Source of the DNA: Histomonas meleagridis 2922-C6/04-290x
Lineage: Eukaryota; Protista; Parabasalia
Direction: 5' to 3'
Assembly: GCA_020184695.1 (NCBI GenBank)
Contig: JAANOX010000027.1
Coordinates: 1 to 57,046, forward strand
DNA: 57,046 nucleotides
How positions within the stretch are numbered: position 1 is the first letter of the stretch; every line of letters begins with the position of its first letter. This document shows positions 21,730-34,100 of this stretch, piece by piece. A program made the position numbers and the translations under genes. The notes beneath the pieces are model-generated. The model saw only the letters and a list, made by a program, of their open reading frames with translations. It ran no database searches and had not been told where the DNA came from.

Positions 21730-22174
21730 CCTGAAATTGAATATATCGGTGTTAATCTATCAAAAATCGAAATAATCTCAATCATATATTGTATAGGCGA
21801 ATTCAATTTATACAAATGCCATAAATCATAGAGAAATTATTACACGTAATCCTACTTTGTCCAATTTTTTCTGGTGGTTTTAAAGTTTATCAAAAATAAA
21901 AAGCAATGATCAAATTATTTTGAACTACTTTCCAAAAAGAACTATTTTGAGTATTAATAGGATTTTGTCTGGTTCTTAAATAGAATATTTAATTATCTCT
22001 AATACAATAAAAAAATTATTTGTTAAATAGTAATTCCAATCAATATGCCCATTTGAATATTAAATAATTTTTGTATAAATTAAAAAAATTTTAATAATAT
22101 TTTTAAACTTTATATTAGTATAACATTTTAAAATATGAACAACTGTTTAAATATTAAAAATAATATATATTTTA

Positions 22175-25100
22175 TTACAAAAATTGTTCAGGAACGAAAC
22201 AATAAAAAGCTGTCGCATTTTCAACAAATTCATTTTCTTGATCGCTTATAGCTAAAGGCATTTCACATATGAAATTATCAATTTCTTCTTTTCCTTCCAA
22301 GTCCAATGTTCTAAAGAAAGGGAAATTATTTGTTTTTATGTTATCGGCGACGTTTTCAACGATTTTTATTATAATTCCATCAATTTTTACATAAGGCAAT
22401 AAATCATTACCTATAGTTGTTAACAAATTATTATCATTACATTTACCACATTGAAGTATCAAATTTTTGATAATAATTTCATTATAATTTTTTTCTTTTT
22501 TTTCTTTATTTAAGATCTCAAATTTATATTTATATGAATTAATATTAATCTTTGATGAATATTCATAAAGATTTATATCTAAAAACGTTTTCAAATTATA
22601 TATTAATTTACAATCAAATTCTTTAGGTGCGCCTTCTTTAATCCATTTTAATAAAAACTCATTTTTCTCAATTAATCTATTCACAAGTGTATTCACATTA
22701 TTCGTTATGAACAAAGAAATCAAATTTTTATAATTTTGTGGTACATTTCCTTGAGATAAATTAATAATATTTTCATTTATAATTCCTTTTTTAACTTTTT
22801 CGATTCCATTTTTTAATTTATTCTTAAAGAAATTTAATCCATTATTAAACATTTCTATTTCTTGCAGTAAAAGTTTTCCTATTAAACCTTCGAATCTTGA
22901 GGAATCATTAGTTTTAATTCGATCAGGTAATAACATTGTAATATTATCAAGTTTTGTTATTATAATTTTGAAATCGATTTTTTTCTTTTCATTTAAATAT
23001 TCTTTAAATGGAATTATCAAATAACGAGAAAGATTCCAAAAACGAATTGGTTCTGAACATAACAAATTCATATTTAATATTAATGATGTTGGAAATTGTG
23101 GAATAGTTTGAATATAACTTGAAATTGTTGAATCATTTGGAATAATCCAATTATAATTATTTTCATTAGTTAAAGAGAATTCTTCATTTAAAATTTTGGA
23201 GTTTATTAATTTATTTATATATTTTCGTATGATTTTTTTATCAAAATAATTTGTTGTATTCGAAAATATTATTTCTTTTATATGTTTACGTATGTTTTGG
23301 AATTGAATTTCTTCCAAATTTGTTGATAATTCAATCAAAACATTTAAAAAATATTTAAATTCATAACAATTTATATAAAAGTTTTTATTATCGAAATAAT
23401 TCAAAGGTTTAATAATATTACGATAATTTAATATCGTGAATAAAAGCATTAAAGAATAAGAAATTCTTTTTATAGAATTTGAATATTTAATACTTTTTAT
23501 TAAGAAATTATGATTATGATATAATTGTAACATATTATTTTTGAATAAAGGAAATGTATTTATATAAATAATTTTACTATTATAAAACAATGATTTAGAA
23601 ATATATTGAATCGAATTACATAAAATAATAAGTCGAAAATTAATATTAACATTCGAATTTAATATTTGATGATAAATTTCAGATAATAAATTCGCCGTAA
23701 TTAATGAAGGTTTCGTATAATGCAATAAAACCCAATTTCCTTTATTTAAAGATGAATTTATATTTTTTTGTAATTTTTGGATGTTATCTAAATTATTACA
23801 TAAAGAATATGAATCGAAATTATCAATTCGACAACGATGAATAATAAATTGATGAATTAATTGTGTTGGATTCGAATTCTGATTTGAAATTATAATTGTT
23901 GGAATTGTAGATGAATTCGATAATATTGAATCATATTGGAAATATTGGAAATTTGTTATAAATTCATTACCGAATTTTTCGATTATAAATTGAAATATAA
24001 AATGTGAAATGTTTTTGATGTTTGTAAATTTCAAATGTTCAAATGGATTAGATAAAAGATCATCCAAATCTTCTGTTTGTTTAAAATCACATGCAGAATT
24101 AAACTCTTCTTTCATATGAGTCAAAACAGATATTAATTCGTTATCACTAATTTTATTTTCAGAATTTTGTATTAAATATGCGGAAATGAACATGAAAAAT
24201 ATAATTTCATTTATTGGTAATGATTGAAATGTAAATTGACAAATAGAATTTATTATTAATGTTGTAGCAATAGTTTGTTGTTCATTATTTGTTGTATTTC
24301 TCTTAAATATTTCATTAGAAAAAATGGAATTTATTAATTTATAATAATTCTTAAATGAAAAATATGAATTTTTGGAGACTTTCGGTAAAACTCGTGATAA
24401 AACTTCCCAAAAAACATATAAAAGTTGGATTTGATCTTGATATAAATTTAATGATTTATCTTTTTCTTCAATTAATTCCTTGAAATTTTTATTTTGATTA
24501 AATGAATCGAAATAATTTTCCTTTGATATATTTAAATCATTTAATGCGTCATCATCAATTAAATAATTATTTTGATTTTGATTCTGTTTTTGTGTTGTTA
24601 TTATTTCAATAAATGTATCTAATATATCTCTTTCATATTTTATTAGTTCGATTCGTTGAAAGATTTCGATTTTTCTCATGTTTAAAAGATTTGGTATTAT
24701 TTCAGGATTAATGTTCTTTAAAAATGAGTTTTGTATAAAACCAAATTCTGTTTCAAGTGAAGAAGAATTTGTATTAATTATATTAACTCTTGAATATAAA
24801 TTCATTGGAATTAATTTAATATTATTAATTTGTGATACTAATATTAACTTAAAATTAGGATTCCAATGAATTATTTTTGTTCCAATTTTCACATCTTTCG
24901 AATTATTCGTATCAAATGTTACTAAACTTAAAGGTAAAAATGATGATATTAATGGATGTAAATAATCAACATCTAAAAGTATTAATATTTTACCTCCTGT
25001 TATTGCATTTAAAAATATTTTATCAAAATCGATTACATTTTGTGATGTAATAATTAATCGTTTAGGTTGAAATGATGAAATTAAATAATTTAATAATATT

Positions 25101-28100
25101 CCATCAGTATCAATTAACAAAGGTGTTCTAATTGATGATAATAAATGATAAAAATCTATAACAGTATATAATGAATAAATTTCATCATTAGGTATAACAT
25201 AATCATCAAAATTATATGAAATTAATTTATCCGAAATATATTGTAAAGGATCTTCAAATTCACATTTAATATTATTTTCATTAAACTCATTTATAATTGT
25301 ATCTAAACAAATACATCTGTTTTTAATTGACATAGAACCACAAAAATTCAAATAAAAAGCAAATAAAAATGAGTTAATAATCACCTTATCAAGTTTGGAT
25401 TGGATTTCCTTAGAAAAAGTTTGCCACTTTTCAATAAATGTCCCAAGTCCTTTAAATAATGAATCAATAGTTCTTTTACATGAATCTATTTCTTTAAACT
25501 CATTTTCCATTTGTTCTTTAGAAGATATTGAATTATCGACTGCTTTTTTCTCAACTTCTAATTCAGATTTAATTTGTTCGATTGATGATTTTTCAATATT
25601 CATCTCTTCAATAAAATCATTTAAATATGATTGTTTATCTTTAAGTTCCAATTTCTTTTCTTCTAATTGTTGTAAAACGCTTTCTTTTAAACATGTGTTA
25701 TAAATCCAATCATAAAAATATTTTAATGAAGGAGAAATAGAATTAAGTTCATTTAAATCTAATTCATTAGTTTGAAATATTGGTAAAATAATTTTTGTTA
25801 TATTTGGTTTTAATCTTTTTGATAATTTTTCATTTAATAATTGTATTAAATTTGGATCCATTATTAGTCTTTTACCAGACTTTTCATAATCTATAGGTCT
25901 TTCTAATATAATACAAAATATTTTTATTAACAAACGTAATGAATCTAATGGATCTACAGCAGTAATACGAATAGCTTCGATATCATTTATTTCTTCAATG
26001 TTTTTATGTGCTTGATTAATTTTTGGTATATAAGTTTCAACTTCTTGTTCAAGTTGAGTTATTAATTCTTTTATTTCATTAATTTCATTTGTTTTCGATT
26101 TATAAGTTTCTTCAAGTGTTGATAATCTTAATTCGATTGTTTCTTTCCTAGAGTTATAAGATGTTAATAATGTTTCTGTATCAGTAGTAATTCTTTGTAA
26201 TGCAGGTGCTAAAGAATCCAATTTATTATCAATTTGATGTGATTCCACTTCAATTTTCTTAATAAATTTTAGTGCGACTTTAATATCTTTATTAAATGAT
26301 GTAATTTCTTCGATTTCATTATTAATAAAATGTATAAAAGTTTCAATAAAATCATAAAAATAATTAATATGGAAAATTGGTGAATATTGTTTAACTATAT
26401 CAATCGATTTAATTAAAAGACTTGGTAAACATTTATATTTATCACTATTAATTTTATTATTAGTAACAATTTCATTAAATGTTTTATTAGATAAAGAAGT
26501 AATTATTTGTTTATCAATATTATTAAAGTAAATTCTTTCGAATTTTGTTGATGAAATTAAATCGTCATTAAATTCAATATCATCAATTGATATTATTAAA
26601 TGTATATTTAATCGTAACATATTTGTAATTTGATTATAAGTGTTTAATCTTTCATCATATGTTAATTTAGTTAAGCCCGAAAATTTCATATATAAATCTT
26701 CTAAATCTATTGGATCGAAATATATAGTAAAATCATTATTTATTGAAAGATTTATAAGTTGTTCAGTTTCAACTTTTGTAGATTTATTATATCGTATAAA
26801 AATAATTGACTTCTTTTGATGTATTAATGCATTAATGATTACGTCATGAATAATTTTAAAGAAATTTGATATTCTTTCATCAAAACTTGAGATTTCTTCA
26901 GGTGTAGGCTTATCAATATAAACAAAATCACGTTCAAGAATATAACAAATTAATCGACTCATCGTATATTTACCACTTCCTGAAGGACCTAATAATATTA
27001 AATTACTTTGAGGAAATGTTATCGTTGTACATATAAAAGAAAATTGTTGTAAAACATTTAAAGGTAAATGTAATGTAATTTTTTCTTGTAAATTCATATT
27101 AAAATTATATATTTTTTCTTGAATAAATTCTCGAATTTCATTTTCATTCTTTTGTTTATAATGAATATTAAATGATTTGAAATCCTTTGAAAACTCAAAT
27201 TGTGGAAATGGTATACTTTGTAATAATAAATAATCATTAATAATATTCTTTTCTTCATCTTCATTAAACATTGATTTCCATAAAAAGTTTAATTTTTCAT
27301 TACAATCAGAAATATTTAACTTTTGTAATGAACGAAAATATAATTCATAAAATATTATCCGAAGATTTAATAATTTATCATTCTTCTGACTTAATCTACA
27401 AAACATATCAACTGATTTAATTAAATCAATCGATGGATTTAATGGTTGAAATTGATTATATAAAACTTTTAATGTTTTAATAATTTCTTTTGAGTTTTGT
27501 AGATCATTTCCATAATATAATAATTTTTGTAACGAAATGTAATTTGCTGATGCTTGTGTAATTTTACCTAATGATACTGGTATTAAATTAGATAAAAATC
27601 GATTCGGTAAATTTTGATAATTTCGAGTTGTAATAATGATAATGAAATTATTAATTGTATGTATTTCACATACTTTTTGATCAGCTTTAGAGAAAGTGAT
27701 AATTTGATGTGTAGTGATAATCATTCGAATGAATTCTAATAATTCGCTATGTTTTTCATTAACATTTTCAAATATTAAAGCAAATTTATTATTATTTTTT
27801 ACTTTTGACATTAAATTTGTATGAGATAAAAGAAATGAATAAATTTTTTCCGTTGATTTAAACTTATTAGAAGGTATAAAAATAGGAATAAAATTCTTAT
27901 TCATATTAAACAAAACCTTTAAAAACGTTGTTTTACCACTTTCTATAGAACCATGAACAATAAAATGTGTTAAATTACCTAGAAGTAAATTACATAAATT
28001 AAGTGTTGGTAACATTTGTGCAGTAATAACTAATAAATCTTCTTGTAAAAGTGGAAATTGTTGATCATTAATTGGATTTATATTTATTGGATTATTATCC

Positions 28101-31100
28101 AAAAGTTTAAAATTAAGTGGAATAAGTTTATCATCAGAAATATACATTGATAAAAGTGATGGAAATGAAAACGTTTCCCAAAATTGATCATTCACAGATA
28201 ATCCAACCCAATCACAAGGAACTTGAATTTTATAAGTTTTTCTTAACCATATTTCAAAATTAGATATTTCAGATTGATCTAAAATACCTATAATTACATC
28301 GAAAAATGATTTTACGACAATTAAAGTTGCAGTTTCTTTGTTTACTTCAGTTGTTATAGTTTGAAGTGTTTCTAAACATATAATAGCTGAAAATGTTGTA
28401 ATATTTTCTGTTATCATTATATGGCCATTTTTCATTATTTTATTTGATTCAGAATAATTTATTATATTATTAGAATGATAAAGTCTTTTAATAATTGTTG
28501 GTGAAATTTCACAAAATATTTTTTTACATAATTCTAATGATGAAGAATTTTGCGAATTTTTAATATTCACTAAATTAATTGCATTAGTAAAAGGTATTAA
28601 TGGATTTATTAATTCACAAATTGGGTTTTGTATAGGTATAGTATTAATATATTGAGCATTTTCCATTATTAAAATTCCACATCTTGATAATAAATAAGGA
28701 GAAATATTTGCAAGTGAATCAGTTTCAAAAATTATCTTAAAATCATTATGATTATATGAAGATAATGATATTAATTGTGATCTTTTAATACTTAATGATC
28801 CAATAAATTCCGATAAAAAATTATCAAAATATTTTGTAATTGGCGAATCAAATATTAATAAATTTGTTTGATGAGAACTTTTAGTAAAAAGTTCATATAA
28901 AATTGATTGGATTTGTCCATTTGATGTAATTAAACCAACAGATGAATCATTATTTAAAGATCCATAAATTATAGGATATTTATCAGATGACGGAAATATT
29001 TTCCTAATGAAAAATGGTAAAAGTTGGAATTTAATTTCTGGTTTTTGTAAAACTTTATTTAATACTTCAACAATTAATGATTTTCCTGATTTAGATGGAC
29101 CACAAATAATTACACAATGGTATTTTAATAACATATTATATAAAGAATAAACTTTTTCAGTAAAATATTTTGTAGGTAATTCATAAGATAAAGAATTTAT
29201 TTCTTCTTTAATTGCATTTATTAATATTTCATCTTCAATTTTATTTAATTTTGTTTTTAGTTCTTCAATTGAAGTTTCAGATATTTTAAATGATGAAAAC
29301 AATAAAATTATTAATGAATTCTTTCGTTCATTATTAATAAAATCTTTAAAATATAAATATGAAGCTTTACATAATATATCATCATTTAAATTTTTATTAT
29401 CATTTTTAATTATTTCAGAAATTAAATCACAAATTTTTAATAAATAAAATAAAGTTAATTCTTTTCTTAAATATTCGAAAAATATTTTTATTGCAGAATT
29501 TACAAAGTTTATAAGTTTAGTTGCATTTTCATTTGATTTATTATCAAAACCATTTGAAATTAATTTGTTTTGAATTATTTGATTATAATTATAATTTATT
29601 ATATTTATTGGTCTTAAAAATGTTTTTAATTGTGAAGGAAAATTCTCTTTTTCTTTGTCATTATAATTATTAAAAGATTTTGAAGTAAATAATATTTGAC
29701 AACCTTTTTGTAGCTCAACTAATTTAGATGATATCATAATTCGAGGATTACCTGAATTTTGTGCGTTTGATAAATTTCTTAAATTATCATAAATGAAACA
29801 TAAGTTTTGATGTGATAAATTATTAATATCATTAAATATTAACCATGAACCAGATGTAACAGTTCCAATCAAAATCCTTTGAATAAAATATTCAGATGTA
29901 TTCATAAATGATCTAAAATTAAATACAAATTTACCAAATAATGAACTTAAATATCGTAAAAATGTTTGTTTACCAATAGATATATCACCTAATAAAATTG
30001 GTGCAATTTGATTATGAAAAGAATTTGTGATTTCATTTATTAAATTAGTTTGTTTAATGGTTGGAATATAATTAGGAATTGATCCCCAATATTCATAACC
30101 ATATTCAAAAACACTATTATTATATTCAATTAAAATTTGATTTGTTTCAGTATTAATTTTAAATTTAATTGTATTATACCATTCAGTTTCTATCGAATAA
30201 TCTTTTTTCTTTTTGTTTATTATATTTAATCTATCTCTTAATGAAATAAAAGTCATTAAAATTGTTGATAATTTTTGAGATATTTCATTTTTATTATTTA
30301 AAATTATATTAATTCTTTTGTTTAACGTTTTTTCATAATCATTAAAAACATTTTGTTTTATATTACAATTCTTAAAACATTCATCAATTTCTTTTGTAAA
30401 TATTATTTGTAATGTTATAAATAATATATACGGAGGATATTTATTTAACCAATCCATAAAATTATAATCACTAAAACCTCTAACACAAGAGAAAATTGTT
30501 GTATAAGTTGAATTTTTCATTACATTTATTATTTGATTAATAATATCAAATTTACCAAATGAAGTAATTAATTTAGAAAAATGAAAATTATATCCATCTT
30601 CACCAATCATTCCAATAATTTTTTTGTTATGAAACTCAAAATTTTCTTCACTTTTACCTAATTCAAATGAAGAAATATTCATGAAAATTTTTATGATAAT
30701 TTTTTCGAAAGTTTCAAAATTTTCAGTAATTATTAAATTTAAAATATCATCATTCGATAAAAAATAAAGTCGAGGAACTTCATTCCGTTTAACATCGAAA
30801 TATTTATTAAATGTAATAAAGATATTTTCGATTGAAGAAATATTATTATTTAACATTTCGAATAAAGAAGGAAATGAACAAACATTAAATAATCGAGTAT
30901 CTTTAAATCCATATCTTGAAAATGTTAACCATTTTCTTTTAATAGTAGAAAATCTATTTGATTGATGAGGTAAAATTGATTTAACTTCTTCGGAGTTAAA
31001 AAGTGATGGAAGTATCACCCAATTATCTTGAAATCTTTTCCAAGATATTAAAATTAATGAAATATTTTCTAATGTTGTGGATAATGTAATAACAGATTCT

Positions 31101-34100
31101 TGAATACTTCTAACATAAGGCAAAGATAACATATTTTGTAATTTTGTAAGTGTATCATAAATTTCATTTAATAATGGTTCAATTGAACCTAAATAAATAT
31201 ATTTTTCATCATTATTTTGTTGTTTAAGTTTAGTTTCATTTATCGGTAATTGAACTTTATTCCAATAACTTGTTATATTTTGGAAATCTTTTTCAAGTTC
31301 ATATTCTCCTTTTGAGATCATTGTTATCTTAGATATACTATCTTTCATATTTAATATTCCTAAATCAATTAATCCTTCAATAGTAATGTTTTGATTATAA
31401 GTTGTAGGCTGTTCACAATCTTGAAATAATGCATTCCAATGACGATTTTGTAATTTACCATTAGAAAGTAATTCTAACTCAGATAGATATGGAACAATAG
31501 CATTAACTTTATTAGATAACTCAGTAAGTATTGGATAATTTGTATGTGTAGAGTTTTGTAATTCAATTATATTATTATTAATTTTCTCCATATCTGATTT
31601 AAAGGTTTCAATATCAATGTTATTAAATGGATTCGAAGTTATTTGTTTTAAAATTATATTCCATTGATTAATAGTGTTAAATAATTTATGCATAAATTTT
31701 GTTGCGGTATAAACATCATCAAATATATTAAAGTTTCTAATATCAATTCCGATAACTTTTTGATATTTTTTAATTGCTTCGATTTTAGGTACTAATTTTT
31801 CTACTTTTACAATAAGTTTATTAGCTAATGATAATAATGAATTATCAAAATCTTTTAATGATGCAGGAATTGTTATAGCTCTTTCATAATAATATTCGAT
31901 TTTCCTTTGAACTTTATATACTAAAGTCTTTAATGATTGAATAAACATTCCACTTGTAGATTCTTTAACTTGTAAAGCGGATTTTTGATCAGCCTTAAAT
32001 ATCTCAAATGAATTAATTAATGGATTTAAATTATGTTGTATTTTAAACTTATCAAAAAGATCAAACATTTTATTAACGAATTTTATTTCTTCTTCAATTT
32101 TATTTGATACATCGAAAGTTCTTTGTAATAATTCGCAAAAATTCACATAATTTTCTAATAAAAAAGATTTTTGTCTTAAATTACTTGTATAATATTGTAA
32201 AACATTACTTATTAATTCTATTTTCATATTAACCAATTTTTGAAGCATTTCTTTAAGTTCATTTATACATTTTGTAGGTATTGGTACAAGTATTGATCTT
32301 AAATTACGTGAATCAATATGAATTGCACCTCGAATTGTACCTAATCTAATTCCAGAAACTTTAAGTTCATCATCTTTAAGTTTTTCAAAGATATTTTCAA
32401 CAACATCAAAATCTATAATTGGTTCTTCATCATTATTTATTAAAAATGAATCAATTTCTTCATTTCTTTCAGATGTAATTTTTCCTTTAAATTTTTCTCC
32501 TTTTCGATTAATAATATAATCATTAACATCCCAATTCATTCCAAGTTTATAAATCGGATAAAATATCGTAAAAAATTGGGAATTAGATAATGCCATTTCA
32601 TAAGATTTTGATATTATTTCACAAATATTTTTCTTAATATTATTTAAATTAGGAAATGATTTAATAATATCAATAAATTTAGGCCCAACTTTCATTAACT
32701 CATCAATATCAATTTCATTTTCTTTTAAAAGAGGTCTAACAATAGGTGTTAATAAAATTCGAGGTAAAGAATTTAAAATATTTTCAGAATCAACAAAATT
32801 ATTTTCAAATGTTTCAAGTAACTCATTTAAAACTGGAGTTAATTTAACTTCTCCATTTTCAGTATAAGAAACATCAACTTGAAAAATAGAAGACATTTCT
32901 TGTGATATATTTTCATAAGCATTTTCCCAACATTCCACAAAAGATTTGGAATTTTTTTCTAAAATGGAATAATCAATCATTCTAATAAAAGAGCCAATAG
33001 AAATAATTTGTCGATTTAATTCTTTTGTTTTCTCTATACGTGCAAAAGCTTTTTTTCTTTCGAGATTCATTAATTGATCTAAATTTGGGTTTCTTCTTGT
33101 TGCACCAGGAAAATCAGAATCATTAACTTGTACAAGTTTCGGATCAGAAATTGATTTATATAATTCTAAAACATTATTTTGTACTTCTTCAATAAATTTA
33201 TAATATTCACTTCTTAATGTTAAATTATTTTGTTTGTTTTGTTCTTCGAAATCTTTTAATGTATATTTTCGTTGTGGTATAAATGCTAATAAATATTGTT
33301 TTAAAAGAATATCAGTGTTATTAATAAGGCGATTTAATTCAATCGAATGTTTATAAAAATTAGGATTCTCATAAAACGAATGTGCTGTTATTGCCTTTTC
33401 AAGTTGTTGATGTCTTTGGCTTGTAACAAATCGTCGCCATTGTCTAAATGGTTTCCAATATAAAAACTTTGATATCACTGGTAATTTGCGTAATGTCGAA
33501 AAAATGGTTTTTTCTTTTGACCATTGATCAAGAGTAATGTTCTCCGAATTACCATCACTACTTACAAATGTAATACCTTTTGCTGACATAGTGAAATGTT
33601 CGCCTTTAACTTCAGCAAATGGAACTTTTTTAAGTTCATATGGTGAAAAAAATGGATCGTTCTTATCTTGTGAATAAATTAAATAGATAAAACAATGACC
33701 GCGACCATCTCTTCGTTTGGAAAAATAGGAAAGAACATCTTCATGAAAATCAAGTGCTGATGCTTCTTCTTCTACTTCTTTCATGGCGGTTTTCAAAGCT
33801 GGGATATCATGTGGATCACGAAGCTTGCCAAGAGGCTTACGTCCAATGATTGTGGGAATATGGGGATGTGGGTTTTTTGAATGTCGTGGTGAAATGGGTG
33901 TTGTTGTTCGATTTCGTAGGGTAATTAAAGCAGGTTGAGAATATCCAATTAATTTTGAATTGCTTTTTTCTGGTGTTGGAATAATATCGAAGTTTGATGT
34001 TTGCGCTTCAAGTTCCCTAGATTTGAATAAAGAAGAATTTGGATTAGAAAAATTATTTTTGAAACAATGTTTAATTTTTGGTTTTTCATTTGAAATTTGA

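Noticed and set aside
19265-21831. MYVC/HTYI-repeat ORFs in the ORF track
   Set aside because: Translation artefacts of the stop-free (TATG)n array.
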